DNA of 62,447 nt, counting the filler, from Sluysia triapertura (taxonomy: Eukaryota): assembly GCA_046118255.1 (NCBI GenBank). It is 5 parts of 5 records of this genome, joined end to end, with 100 filler letters (N's around TTAATTAATTAA, not from the genome) between each part and the next. Parts side by side here need not be neighbours in the genome. Positions count along the whole stretch, not along the records: positions 1 to 12,774 come from JBJNIA010083032.1; positions 12,875 to 25,088 come from JBJNIA010128517.1; 3 more parts are not named here. The stretch is one strand, 5' to 3'. The notes below the pieces were generated by a model that made no database searches, was not told the origin of the DNA, and was given only the letters and a program-made list of their open reading frames with translations. The translations under genes and the position numbers were made by a program. Positions 1 to 14,372 of the stretch are shown in pieces. Positions within the stretch are counted from its first letter, which is position 1. Every line of letters begins with the position of its first letter.

Positions 1-901
1 TTATGGTGAATGATTTACCTTAAGCGCTTTTGAGTACTTTCGCGGTATATATGAGCGCAATATAAATTAATATATTACTATATATATTAGGACATTTTAA
101 TGTGCTTATTTTGATATTGCAAAAATATTTTTGAATTTCTTTGTTACATTTTTGTCAAGTTACTTAGATATATTTTGAATTATGTTTGAATTTTATTTTA
201 CACGAATTTAACATAATAATATGATATTAAAGTAGATATTAGCAATTGAAAAATACATAAAAATTATAAACAAAACTTTTAAGGAAATATTTTTAATGTC
301 ACTTTCTTTTGTATCATAAGAAGAAATAGAAAATAAAAAATATTAATTTTTAAGAGAATCAGAATATTTCTAACAATAAATATGTTGCTTAAACTATTTT
401 ACAGATAATATTTCAATGTATTATTACATCACTAAATGAATAAAGTTAAATAAACTTAATATAAAAATTGTTTTACAATTTTACTTCTAAAATAAGTATA
501 TAAGTATAAGATTAATAAATTAATATAACAATAATATGATTGTTATCATATTTTAATAAATAATATTATATTAAAATAAATAATAACGATTAATCTTTTC
601 CAGATGATACATTGTTTTATTGATAATGAAATATATTTCATTAATTCATTTAAAGATAAATAAAAATAACTCAAAAACACATTCAAACAATTTTAATTAA
701 TTAATAATAAATATTAATTTATATAGTATTGTGGTGAGAGCAAGACACTGGCGCATTTACCGTAAACATAGTCATAAACAAATCTCAGTGTAATGTAAAA
801 CAAAATCTTAAATAAACTTTAACACAATCTAACACAAAATGTCAAATCAACAAATAACATACATAAAACGGAAACAATCTCCACGTAATATAACAACACA
901 A

Positions 902-1493
902 ATTCAATATGATCAATATCATAATTTACTACATATATTTCATATGCGTGGTTTACTAAAAGATACTTGTTCCTAGGAGATTATACTGATGGAGAGGAAC
1001 AATTTTTCAGTTACATATATATAAAATTTGTTGCTCTGTAACTCTGAAACCTTAGATTTTATGATGTATATATATAAAGATATAAAAGAAGATATAATAG
1101 TAAATTATTTGAGTTATACGTTCAAACATTTAATTGTTTACCAAATACAGTAATTAGAGATGATTCAACTTTTTATTGTTATGGCGGATTATCACCAGAA
1201 ATGTTTAAAGCTGACTTTTAAACATGTACTGCGTTATATTTCAAAACAAGCCATTTCTGATCATGATGTTCTTTGGAATGATCCTTGGTATATAACAGAA
1301 ACAAATATAATTACTTTGAGAGTAATCGACAAAGATATATTATCAATTTGTATCTAATATTGTGAATGTTTTTTATTAAATTTAATGTATTCTTTATACT
1401 CTGTGCTTATCAAGTAATTGAAGATAGATATGAATTTTGTGTTAAAATTTGTTATTAAATTATTATGGTAATTTTTACAATGCAAGAGCTATT
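902..1493 (+). pseudogene. Decayed Ser/Thr protein phosphatase PP1 catalytic subunit copy with frameshifts, stops and deletions and no obvious introns
   Basis: Manual translation across frames gives collinear PP1 motifs: QYHNLLHIF (cf. GQYYDLLRLF), RYLFLGDYTDGEEQ (YLFLGDYVDRGKQ), KRRYNSKLF, NCLP..IRDDSTFYCYGGLSPE ([23 protein letters not shown]), DVLWNDP (DLLWSDP), CAYQVIEDRYEF (RAHQVVEDGYEF) and NYYGNFYNARA (NYCGEFDNAGA). Confidence 0.88.
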
Positions 1494-3344
1494 TTTATTA
1501 TTCAAATAAAAGATATTGATAAATCAACAGACGTTGACAAACGTTTTAGAATATTTCAACCATATTTAAGTAAAAGATGTTAAGCAAGTTGTTGAGAAAA
1601 TAGCTACGGTGATGTTGCGTGGTGCCTGTTTAATTGAATTTGAGAAAACTGTTTATTTATTAAAAAGTATTAATGTGGTAGACTGCAAGCAGCTTTAATG
1701 AAAGTTGAAATCCCTAAGGTTAGATTTGATTGTTATGTTTTGAGTTATTTTTTTATAATGAATAAATCAACTTTCTAAAATCGTGCCTATTAGTTTTGCC
1801 AGACCTTAAGTCGGCTTCAAATCTTTTAAAACAAAATTAAGGTTAATTAAAATAAAAGCTGAGAAATGAAAATTAAGATTTGAAATAATCATAAATTCGG
1901 AACTAAATTTTAAGATAATAAAAATAGAAATTAAAGTATTAAGATCAAATAAATGTAAAACGAAAAGAATGGGCTTAAACTTTAAAATTGCATCTAGTTT
2001 AAATACTAGTAACGTAAGTAATACTATAAAACTAGGAAAATTGGAGGTAAATATGAATATCATAAAAACTAATTCTAGAAATACTGAAAATAAACCAAAC
2101 CGGATAGGTTTTCTCGACAGCCCTCAAAAGTGCCATTATTATTTAATATGAAATAAATGTTTCTCATCATATAAAAAAAGTTGCCTTTTTAAGAATTTCC
2201 GATTTTCCAATGATGTAAATTTTTGAAAAATAAACGATATGTATATTATCATTTATCTGCATATTCTGCATAAATTGTTATATCTTTTGGTTTCAAATTT
2301 TTTATATTCTCCAAGAGATTTCTGTAATCTAAATTATTATCCTGATTTTTAATTATACCCTTGCTTTATGGATAATCATTCTTTAATACAATGTACTACG
2401 TGAGATAATCCTTTTATTGGAATAATGCTTCTGTTCATTTTTAATACAATCATTTTAATTATATTAATTAATTATTATATAAATTATTTATAGCAATAAA
2501 AAATTGAATAATTTGTCATTTTTGAAATTCAGCATATTAATTATATTCATCTAATGTTCAAATGCCTCAGCATTAGAAAATAATACTGACAGATTCAATC
2601 AAAGATTTAAATATGTATGCTATTATCACTTTTATTATTATTATTATTATGATTATTATTATTATTATTATGTTATAATAATTACTTATTTTGATTATAT
2701 ATTATTTGTATATTTTTCATTTTTAACGAAATTGTATTTCAGGTAACATATTTTATTTTGATATTATTTATTGTTTGTTTTAATAATTAGGAATAATAGG
2801 AATCTAAATTTAGGAATCTTTACGTTGAAAAAGTATTACCTCAAACTCTAACTTAAGCTGTAAAATTAAGAAAGAAGGAGTTTCCAAATAGACATTAAAA
2901 TGGATGACTTTAAATACTGCGTTTTGTCTAGAATATTTACGGTATTATGTCTGCGAATGAGAATCAAAAGTTATATCTTTGTTGATAAAGCTAAACATCA
3001 CAGACAATGGGGAATATTTATGTTTAAGCGATCAGAAAAGTGATTATAACTATTAAAATCAATAAAGTTAGTGTAATGGCCGAGTTATAGTGAACAAAAT
3101 TATGAAATTTGGGCTTAAGGCCCGTTCCATTTTTAAAATTATGATTATTATAATCGTAATTAATGAATATGGACTTAGAGTCTTTTTTACTATTAAAATT
3201 ATTAAACAAAAACTAAAATTATTAAGTAAAAACTAAAGCTTGAATTTAATTTACAATAAAAATCTACAACACATAAAATCCTTTTATAGAAATAGTTAAA
3301 ATTAAATACTTCATGCATGAAACAGATTGAAAAATTGATGTTAT

Positions 3345-3575
3345 CATTCGATTTATTAATAATTTTGCCAGTTAATATCATTAAATCTTCTGTAATTGCA
3401 GCTGAAAAAAAATACTTGGTGATTTTGTCCCTACTGTTCAACAATTTCCTCAGCTTGACCTTTAAATCCAGTTTCTAAAATCTTATCTGTTTCGTCGAAC
3501 ACTGGTGTAGCAACGAAAATATCAGCAACATTTTTCAAGAATTCCTTTTGTTCTATTCGACTTAGACCACTAGTC
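3345..3575 (-). pseudogene. Decayed DEAD-box RNA helicase fragment (DDX27/DRS1-like)
   Basis: The minus strand reads SGLSRIEQKEFLKNVADIFVATP-VFDETDKILETGFKGQAEEIVEQ*GQNHQ, then a frameshift, then FFSAAITEDL. This matches motif Ib (DI.VATP), motif II (DEAD mutated to DETD, followed by .LE.GF) and motif III (LFSAT). The segment between Ib and II is deleted and there is an in-frame stop. Confidence 0.82.
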
Positions 3576-6120
3576 ACTAATTACAATGTTAAATCGTTTG
3601 TATATGTCATCGCAATCCCCGAGGAGAAATAAGTATCTTGATAATAACTTTCATAACGTCGTAAATAAATTTCAATTTTGATAATTACAAACAATATTTC
3701 TTGATAATACTTTAGAAAATTGGAAATGAAATTTAAAAATAAATTTAAAGACTAAAAATCAAATGTATACATTTTCAAAGTCTGTAAATAATTACTTGCA
3801 GAAACATAAATCAAAGCCCCATTAAAACAAACATAAAATCAAGGAGTCCAAGAAGATATAATTGTTTTCACAAGGTAATAGATAGTAATAAAAAGGAAAA
3901 ATACAATAACAATATGAAGTTAACGCATATGAGAGAGGCGATATTGACGGATTAAACGTAATGCTAATGTGATTAATTTCCATAGTTTAAGTATATTTAT
4001 AGCTTTATTTTAAGTGTTACAGTGTGTACAAGATGTGGTGGAATTGTAATGTGTATTAAATATTTGTGGTTGAATTTGTTGAGAATTTATGATTGAGTGG
4101 AACACCACAGTTATAACTGGGAAACCTGATATTAAATTACTTAAAATTACTTGTTATGTTATTATTTTTAGTATTTTTATTATTACACTGAAATGTTTGG
4201 AAATATATTCGACAAGGATATACTTTCAGTGGATGTTAGACTTTCTCTCTAACCCTAAATCTTTATCCATATTTTATACCTTTATTATAAAAATATTATA
4301 TTATAACAGTGGTATAAAGTAGCACAAACATTTATAATGAACAAAAAAGATCCTATTACTGTAAATGTAATGAGTTAAAACACTAGAGGATGAATTCACG
4401 CTAAATAATACATTTTTAAACATCCACCACGGAAACATTAAACATATAAGTACTTTTAACTAAACCTACTATTTTTTACAAACAAATTTATTTTGAATGG
4501 TATTAATTTAAATAAAATTCGGTTACTACCCTTGCTACTTATTTGGAGCTATTTCATCAAGTAGAAGATAAAATTCGAAAATTGAATAGTAAAAAAAGAT
4601 GATTACTTCTTTTCTACGCCGGTAGAAAGTCGAATAGAATCTGTAATGCTTGTAGAACATTTTTAGACAATATAAATCAAATATTGACTAAACAATATGG
4701 AAATGAAAATACAATAAAGAGAATACTACACGTTATGTTATACTGCTATAATCAACTCGTGGTTTAAAATTATTTCAAAAGAAGAATTAATCAAAATTAC
4801 ACGAGTATACAAAGATGTTAATTAACATAAACTAACTTCATGTTATGGGTACGAAAAATATGAATTTGAATTTGATTATGAATAGAAATTCTGTATTATA
4901 TATCGCGATGAAGCGTAGTAAATACATAATCTTAGTAAATATGATTATGCTGATAGAGCAATAAAGACAGTTCGTAATAACAAAATCAGTGGTGAGATTA
5001 TGATTTTAAAGAGTGCTAGATTCTTGTAAAGTCATTAATATTCGAATATAACGGTGCTCAAACTTTGAATTTGGAAATTTTTTGTGATTAAAATATAAAT
5101 CTATACAAAGCTTATTTCGACATAAAATTTAGTAGAACTGATAGAAGATATGATGTGATTATAACTAATATATGGAAAAGATTATTCTGATAAACATATT
5201 AAATTCGGTTTATGATGTTTTGAATGCAAAACTCCTTTATTAAAATTTTAATTTTAATTAAGACAGAAGTCTGAAGAATCTTCGACTCGGAAAAAGACAA
5301 AGAATAGTTGAAAATATTATGTGTTATGTGTTAAAATTAAATTAAGATATGTGTAATGTTCACTAAGTTTGATACCCTCAAAGATTATATTTCGCAATTT
5401 CGGAATATTTTTAGTTAATGTTTTGAGGTCTTTATAATTATTTCGAAATTATCAATGTGTCAACATGCCTTAAACATCAAAATAAACTAGTAATGAAACG
5501 CTGTAATTGTTAAAATGATTATGAGAAATAAATAACAATATCAAAATCTTGAGCCTTAAACATGCAAAAGAAATTATTAATAAAATAAATGTACAACTGA
5601 GTAGCTTTTCAAAGTTGTAAAAGGAAAAACTGAAAACATAATTTTAAAAATGATCAAGGGAGTTTTTCCATTTTATCAGACTAAATTTCATTATAGTTAT
5701 ATTCTTATTAAAAAAATGTACAGTAATAAAAATAATGACAATTATAAATATAATACATTTAAAATAAATCTAACAGATGAATTGAAATAATCATTTCATA
5801 ATACGATAGTAATTTTCCATTTATATAATTAAAAATAATTTTTTATGTATAATAATTAAAATTGCATTATTATTTCTGTTTACTAAGCTTATTTCTCAAG
5901 AAATAATTTAATTATTTAATTCAATAAATAATTAAAAATATAACAAATGTTTATATATTTAAATAATAATTATTTTTATTAACGAAAAAAAATAATAAAA
6001 GAAACATAATTAATGATTTTGAACTAATTATTAATTTTTTAATTAAAAAGTTGAATTTATTAATAAATCTTTAAAATTTAATGATTTTAGATTAAGATGA
6101 TTTTATTATAATGATTGTAT

Positions 6121-6135
6121 TAATAATAATAATAA

Positions 6136-6177
<42 letters not shown>
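6121..6177. repeat. (AAT)n microsatellite directly abutting the end of cassette copy A
   Basis: Direct reading. Confidence 0.95.
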
Positions 6178-6178
<1 letters not shown>

Positions 6179-6179
6179 C

Positions 6180-6970
6180 TGTGACTTTTCTTAATCTTAC
6201 ACTAGCAGAATAAAGCAACCTTATAGGTGAGTCCATCAACGTACTAGGCTTACTGGTTAGGGCTAGGCGTTGGATTTTTCAAATGAAAGAATTTTATTGG
6301 GTGGTTAAAAAACTGCTTAGTGCTTACTGGCTTAGTGACAAGTGCTTGTTAGCTTAAAAATTAAATATGGCGGTCAAAACTTCTATAAAGTTATGATGAG
6401 ATTTTACGTAAATCCTATGAAAAGGATTTATTATTAATTGATTTTACGAATCAGAATGAAATTCTGATAAATCTTCTATATTCGACGATTTTATGGCTTT
6501 GAAACTATAGAAGTCATTAGTTAAATTCTGAAAACTCAAATGTTAACTTTATATTACAAAAATTAAATAAGTACTACAATGTAAAAGTTAATGACAAAAT
6601 TTAATAATAATACAGATCGTTAATTTACAAAATTAACTGTTAGTTAATTTATTTAACAAAAATATTTGAAGTACAAGTTTACGCGGGAACCACTAAATGG
6701 TTCCAAATTTTATTAAAAATTGATTTTTCCTGGATTTTCCGAATGATACTTATAAGTATCGATACCTTATATAAATAAACTAACGTTTACAATAAAATCA
6801 AAGTTTTTGTCTAGAAGAACATGTAAGTGGATTGTTGTGATTCAAGATGATGATAATGATTAATGTTAAAATTTGATTTATATTTTTCATTACATTTATA
6901 AACTATACTATTCGAGTTTATTAAAATTTATTGTTTTAAAATTTTAAAATCAAAGTGTATTATTAACTTC
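6180..6970 (-). mobile_element. Recurrent cassette copy A (LTR-end-like); upstream boundary approximate
   Basis: Conserved stem-loop at 6227-6277 and palindromes at 6410-6429 and 6449-6468. The minus strand reads GTAAACGTTAGTTTATTT at ~6773-6790, identical to 14548-14565 of copy C. Confidence 0.7.
6227..6277 (-). ncRNA. Conserved stem-loop motif, copy A
   Basis: Reverse complement AAATCCAACG-CCTAG-CCCTAACCAGTAAGC-CTAGT-A-CGTTGA-TGGACTCAC. Confidence 0.7.
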
Positions 6971-8383
6971 TGTATAATAAAAAAGACATAAAAACATATG
7001 AAAATTTATTTGTCAAGATTTTAATTTTAAAATATTGCATCCTGCGTATGTCTTCTATTATTCCATGTTCATTATCTAAAAAAATATAAGAATTCATAAT
7101 GTTACAAATGTAAATAGAAAGATCAATTACTTTTCGATTATCCCTCGTTAAGCTGCTATTGGTTGAATTGATTGTTAGTGTTCCAAGACTTCTGAGTAGT
7201 CCAACTATTCTTGCTGAGTGATGTTAGATTCTAATTCATATATTGTATGCGTGTAACAGCAATGACTTCCATTCTTTACACTTATGCCATAGTTATGGCG
7301 AATGGACAAAAGGCAACCATGTTAGCTTCGTAATCATCATCTTTATTATCGTTAGATTCATAAGCATCATTTTTATAATAGTATTTGTATAGTATTTAAT
7401 AATTTTTACAAATTAAAAACGACGAAAAATAAATTAAAATAAAATGATAATGATAAAAATGATAACACTAATAACACTAATGTTATTATTATTATTTTAC
7501 AATAAAGCATAAATTTCTTTTTGAATTTAAAATGATATGAACTTTCTATTGAATCTTAATCTTCTCGACATATTTGAAAGTTAAAAGAAATGATGGAATT
7601 AAGAATGATAACAATAATAGCAAGAACGACAATGTTATCGTTACTATTGTTATTAAAATGCATAAAATCCTTGTTTCTTAGTTTAACATGACCTTTAATT
7701 TCTTACATATTTATTACTACTTAATCTTTCTCACTGAAGATGTATTAAAGTGTAAATGGTTATGACTTAAGTATTTTAGGATAATATAATGTTAAAATGA
7801 GTGATAAATGTGCATTGGTGTTTTGACAGAATGTCATGTTTGGTTGTTAGGATTTAATGAAAAAAGATCGTGAATTTGAAATGTCTGAGCTGATTTGAAA
7901 GTGTACGATAATTAATTTCGAATGTGGTTGAAATTGAATTGTTATAAGGTTGAAGATTTGAAATGTTTTTAAAAAATTGGAAGTTAATTTTGGTGGATGT
8001 AAAAAGGAATACGATATAAAAATGGTTATGAAAAATTTAACAATGTTGTTGTGTGGTGTTGAAACAAGTATGATTTTAATTATTTTTGTGTTAGTTGTGA
8101 ATTTGAAAATGTGAATTGTAGATTTTGGGAGTGATTGTTATGTTGACAAAACTTGTGTAAAAAGAATGTTTTTGATGAATTTTTGAAGATGTAAAATATT
8201 TGAGATATATTTTTAATAAAATTTATTAATGTAATAGGTTGGCCACCACACGGATTCTTTTGATTGTTAGATGTGAACTGTTTCTTATCTACGCGATGAA
8301 CAGACTGTCTAGCACTTAGAAAGCTGTGTCCAGAAAAATCGAAGTAATAAAATTATATAAGATTGTGTTCAATATTGTGAGAG

Positions 8384-8412
8384 TATTTATAGGTCTTTTT
8401 TGTTGACCTTGA
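8384..8412 (-). promoter_or_regulatory. TCAAGGTCA (NR5A/FTZ-F1-type site) plus TATAAATA, promoter-like module
   Basis: The minus strand reads TCAAGGTCA-acaaaaaagacc-TATAAATA. Confidence 0.5.
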
Positions 8413-9027
8413 ATGTGTAAAACAAAAAACTTTAATTTCATTATTTAATTGTCTAAAATTATTTTCAAAAATAATTATAATATTTCAAAATTATTTTCAA
8501 AAATTAATTATTTTATAATAAAATTAATTATAAAAATTAATTACTTTTCAAATAATAAAGTTCCACAATAAAATAAAAATATTAATATTATCAATTCAAT
8601 TAAAATCAATGTCTTATTAAAAATCAATTTTTAATTATGTCTTTATTTACAATAAAATCAATAGTGTTAATATGGTGTGTTATTATACAAATCAATATGT
8701 TATTAATCAATATTGTGTGTTATTAGAATAATCTTACACACATTCTTGCAATCACTCACCCGACCAAGAAAATTGGTCACCAATTTTGTCTTTATTAGTT
8801 TGTTAAATTATGTTAATATGTTCAATTATTATGCGTTAATATCTACTACAAAATAAGTAATTAAAAGTACCTCAAATAAATCATTCATTATAATATTACT
8901 GCAACAGAAAGAATGTTGCCTTTTCTTTGGTAGCCAATTATATATTTTTGAAACATATGTTGAGGTACAGGCCAATTTAGAATAATAATAGTATAATTGA
9001 CTATAATAAAATAAAATTATTAAACGA

Positions 9028-9048
9028 GACTGATAGCTCAGAGTAAAG
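9028..9048 (+). repeat. 5' fragment of the tRNA-like element seen at 44620-44691
   Basis: GACTGATAGCTCAGAGTAAAG matches the acceptor/D-arm start GACTGATATCTCAGTGG..AAAG. Confidence 0.45.
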
Positions 9049-12000
9049 TTAAAATTACTGAATAAAATAAATGAAGAACTTAATTAATAATTTAATTAAT
9101 ATAAATAAATCTGTTGAAAAGTAAGTTTTGCTTTAACGAATTAATGCGGTAATATATTTTTTACTATCGAATTTTAGACATGATTTTGATGACGCTTACA
9201 ATAAATTATTGGATTTAAATGTTTTTTGTATAATATTTTATTTATTTTCTTAATATGCTTAAGGAAATGTTTTATTTTAGAAAAGCAAAACGAATTTTTT
9301 TAGTCGTATATTGATTTAGATTTATATTTCATATCACATTAATTTAAATTTATTCAAAATAATAAAACAAAAAAATATTAAAATTTAAAATAAATTTATT
9401 TTTTAAAAACGTCTGTTAAATATAGTCTTTAGACTTTGTTAATAATACTAATTATAATTTAAACAACACTAATATCTACTTAGAAGTAAAGACTTAGAAT
9501 CTACGTGATATATCCGGAAAAGAGATAGTTGCCTTTTTATAAAAAAGTTACAATTTTATTGATTTGATATTTTTCCATAACTGGTTGTAGATTTCACTTA
9601 TCTCATATTATTATCACTACGGATTTTGTATAAATAGGTTATATCATAATGGCAATTATTTTTTGCTATCCTCCAGAAGTAATGTAATCATTTATAAAGC
9701 ACCATCGCGATTTTACTGTTGCTTTTACTTGTAACAAATATAATTTTTAAGATAATGATAATAATAATAATATCTTATCTAAATAGTAAAAATTTATTTT
9801 GTAATATTTTATTATTTTGCATAAATTTTAAAAATTTAAAAAGAAAATGGTTTTGCTGAAAAACAAAAAAAGATTTAAAAACTACGAAATGATAATAAAA
9901 ATTAATAATTTTTATAAAATATATTTATGTCTTGATATAACCTAAATCGAACTGCAGTTAATTTTAGTTAATAAACCAGAAACATATCAATTCAACAAAA
10001 ATGTTAAATTTAATTTCAATATTCACAACAATCTATATATCTTCTTATTATAAAATTATTATTATTATTATAAACATTCCTTAATTGAAAGAATAATCAA
10101 TAACCAAAATATCATTACCATAAACAAACTTCAACTTAACCTAACACAACTATTAAAAATTAACAAAAATTCGAAATAAATAACGCAACGCAACTCAAAA
10201 TTCAACAAATTCTTACAACAATCATAACAATGATAACAATACTTACATTAACATTTACACTTAATTACACAACTGCAATTTAAAATTTATTGTTGTATTA
10301 TTATTGTCTTACTACTTTTCTATTTTTGTTGTCTCATTTTTATTATTACTTGCTTTGCTACGTATTTATTGCGATACCAATTTTCATAGTCGTTTTATGT
10401 ATTATGTTGATTATTTGGTTTAATATTTTTCAATTTCCCAAATTTTAACGAATCTTGATCATGAATTATTTCAGGTTTATTATTATTATAACAGTACCAC
10501 TGGACTTATTAGCTAATAAAACGTATTACTTTATCAATACATCTTTTCTACTATTCGATGTATTAAACAATTAACTGAATTTTGTATTTCATTGACATAC
10601 ATTCGATTAGTAAATCATGCAAATATGATTGAATTAAATCAGATAATAATTCGTGAAATAGCAAATAGAGGAATTTACTTTCGTTTTTTTGTTAGATATT
10701 GTATTAATTATTCCTCGGTCTAAGTTCAAGTAGTTAGTTTATCTGTTTATTTCTGTGCATTATCGTGTCTCGTTAGGAAACAAAATATCAATTCATTAGA
10801 CATACATTATTTCCACCGATTTTTGTGAAATAATTGTTTTCTTGGGACTAAATAAAGTACCCATGAGTATGCAAAATCCACTTACTTCTGATGGTAGTAA
10901 TTTTTGATATGATTGAAGTTTATTTATCAAATTTTATATTCTGTCAAGCTTATCAAGAATATACTCCAATAATTTCAGTAATGAAAGATGATTTTATTGG
11001 AAATGATGTAATTTTTCCACAAACAGAAACATCGAAAATGTTGCTAAGACAATATGGTGATTGTGTCAGATGTCAATGGACATTAGAACCAACGGTTGAT
11101 AAAGAAGCACGCCATGCTACAAAAAATTCAAAAAGGAAACGTCATCAGAAATTTAATAAAGAATTTATATTTGTCTTTTGTATTCCGGTCAATTTACTGG
11201 ATTAACTCTATTATTACATTATGAATGCTAAGACAAATATGAAATTAATATTATAAAATCAATAAATACTAATATAATACGTAATGCAATATGGTGTACT
11301 GTTGTATTAAAAACATCCGTCACTTTAGTTTTGATAAATCAAAAATTAATATTGCTTTAACGTCATTAATAATGAACATTAGAAGCTTCTATGAAAACTT
11401 TTATAAAGGGTGGAATCAAGCTACTTTTTTGATTTATATAGTATCATCATTAATGATTTTCAAAATTACAATAATTTCGTTTAATCCAGCCTTACATGGA
11501 TTAATTTTTAATTAAAGAAACATCGTTACAATGAATCCGAAGTAATAATAGCACTAATTAGCAAAACATCCTTAAAAATTAATTTCCCATTTTTTATTAT
11601 AAAATTGACATTATTTTATTTATTTATTATTATTTATTTTTGATTATCGTTACAACCTTTTTCCAAGCCATGGACGGTTTTAAGTTGAACATCAAAATTT
11701 TGTATGAATAAAAAAATTAAAGACTTCGAAACTAAATATATAAAATTACAGGAGTAGTCGTAGATCATACGAAACTTTTGTAGAATATATATACCTATCA
11801 ACATATTAATTAACACCATTTTATTTCGCTGACGCTGTTGAATTATAAGTATTAGAAAGAAAACATTTATATTGCATTTATTTCTATAAAGCAAGAATTT
11901 TATTTGAAAGGTTATACGTGATTTTATTGATAAAAATCATTTAATTTTACTTCTTTTATACACTGTTAATATCAACGCCACTGCTACTTGATATCAGTTG

Positions 12001-12703
12001 TATTTGACCTTTTAAAATTAAAAATTATCTAACATATGATATACTTCGTAGTACGAATGAACTTTTGCAGAATTTAATACCGATTATTAACCAAACACTT
12101 CGTGATGGTTACCTTGAAAAATTGGAAGATGGTTGTTATTATCATGTTGAATTATGAGAAATAATGCAAAATAAATGTTATCGAATTACTTTGTTAAGGC
12201 TTTCTCGTCTACCAAAATAATAAGTATAATTACAAAATTGTAAATTTAAAACTAAATCGGCATTTTGGTGTCACACCATAAAATGATGCATAAAAAAATC
12301 ATACACATTTAACAAAATAACTGATAGAATGTCTACCAAAACAAAATAAAGAGATTACTTATATATATATATATATTTAACAAATAAAAAACTGCTCAAA
12401 ATTTCATAATTTTGATTTCAATTTAACAAATTTTAATTTTTATGTTTAAACTAAAAAGAAAATAATTTAAATTTAAGAGGTTAAAAAATAGAATTTCATT
12501 TGTGTCTACTGGGAGAAACTTGTTATGAAAACATTATCCAGATATTGATTGGGTATTGATTGCATCACATAAAAATAATCATTAGCAAAATTAACAACAT
12601 AAAATGAGTTATAAATATGATTTATTTAAATTATTATGATTATAATTATAATTTTAATATTTTTGTGAGACATTAAATAAAATTAGTTATTGTAATTATT
12701 GGA

Positions 12704-12761
<58 letters not shown>
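12704..12761. repeat. (ATT)n microsatellite
   Basis: Direct reading. Confidence 0.95.
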
Positions 12762-12763
<2 letters not shown>

Positions 12764-12774
12764 GTAGACTATAG

Positions 12775-12874
12775 NNNNNNNNNNNNNNNNNNNNNNNNNN
12801 NNNNNNNNNNNNNNNNNNTTAATTAATTAANNNNNNNNNNNNNNNNNNNNNNNNNNNNNNNNNNNNNNNNNNNN
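12775..12874. other. Assembly gap with artificial TTAATTAATTAA linker. The same linker occurs at 25089-25188, 39164-39263 and 50135-50234, and there is a plain N gap at 35851-36009.
   Basis: Identical 100-nt N-linker-N blocks; the linker puts stop codons in all six frames. Confidence 0.95.
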
Positions 12875-13033
12875 CGGAGAAAAATAATTTTTAACTTTTA
12901 TTATAAGATTATTCATAGAATAATCCCTTGTAACTTTAATTTATTATATTGCATCTCCTGTAACTTTAATTTATTATATTGTAATATTTTACTGTTTGTT
13001 AATAAAATTTTAGTGTATTTTAATCACTTAATC

Positions 13034-13350
13034 GGGTTCCTTGGAGAATCCAAAAAAATCATTAATAGGTTCATTTATACTGAACCTGAGTAAACTATTT
13101 ATTTTAAAACATGTTTGTATATTCAAACCTTAGTAAAATACATTTTATATTTTTGAAAATAATCCTAAAATCTTTAAAATCACAACTAGCCCTTAAATTA
13201 TTATTATTAAACTATTAAACTATTAAATTATTAAATTATTAGCCTCCATTTTTAATATAAAAATCCAACGGTTGGCCATTAGGTTTGTAAGCCCAATAAG
13301 TTGGTGAACTCACATAAGTTTTTAAGCTTCATTCACACCCAAATCTTGCA
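13034..13350 (+). mobile_element. Recurrent cassette copy B (5' part lost near the assembly gap)
   Basis: Palindromes at 13034-13051, 13067-13087 and 13112-13129; stem-loop at 13261-13313; terminus TCTTGCA ending at 13350. Confidence 0.75.
13261..13313 (+). ncRNA. Conserved stem-loop motif, copy B
   Basis: AAATCCAACG-GTTGG-CCATTAGGTTTGTAAGC-CCAAT-A-AGTTGG-TGAACTCAC. Confidence 0.7.
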
Positions 13351-14372
13351 ATTAAAAATAAAGATGGATTTTGAAAATATTGTTAAGTGTGTGATAAATC
13401 TAGAAAATATTCTTCCACAGTGTTCATTTTGTTGAATAATATTAATAATTTTTAAAAATGTGATTATCAATAATTCAAAAAATTCATTTTTAACTTATTA
13501 TAGTTATATAGTTCCGTGAGTTGCCAAGAGTATTAAATGTTAGTTTTTGGTTCATTTCAAAGTTTGAATTTATTTTAAAAATAATAGAGAAATGTGTTTT
13601 TGTTAAAATAAATGAATGCCAATTAGAAATAAAGAAATTTTAAAACAAATCCAAGTGGCAGTTAGTAAGAGTTCTAGAATAAATCTATCCTTTAAAATTC
13701 TATCGAGAATCTTATTTCCTTATGTAGACTATTCATTGAATTACCACATTATCTCTATCGATACGAAATTTAGAAGCATTTCGTTCGACTTCAAGATTTT
13801 AAAGTTGAAGAAATAAATATTGAACAACGTCAAACAAATTATTTTCGTAATGAATTTATGATTCATGCAGAAAGCGAAGAAGATGAAGAATATTTCAATG
13901 AAACAAAGAAAGTAGTGATAGTTCCGAATGAGGTAGACATTGAAACAGTGTGTCATTTTGTAACTGAAGATGGAATTGCATTCGAAGGTATCTTTAAGAG
14001 GGACAAGTTAGATTTCAGATTTCTGTTAAAATTGAATCGCGGTGATGATTGGATTAGTGTTGATTGGAATAATATGTAACGTATGAATAAATATATTGTC
14101 AAGGTTCAGTTCAGTTTAAACTTTGTAATTCAAACTTTGTAACTTTGTTACATTATTATTTGTAATTAATATAAATTATTGATTTTATGATATAATTAAT
14201 TATTGCAATTTTATTCTTTTAATTGTGAATTTATTGTTATCGAATTCGTTTAATTCTAAGTTTATTTTATTATTATGACTTTAATTATTAATCATTTAAT
14301 TTTATTTATAAAAAATTTTAATTTTGTTTAACAATTTCATTTAATAATTTTGTTTTAATAATTTTATTTAAA

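Noticed and set aside
12819-12830. TTAATTAATTAA island within N runs, repeated four times
   Set aside because: Artificial scaffolding linker, not biology.
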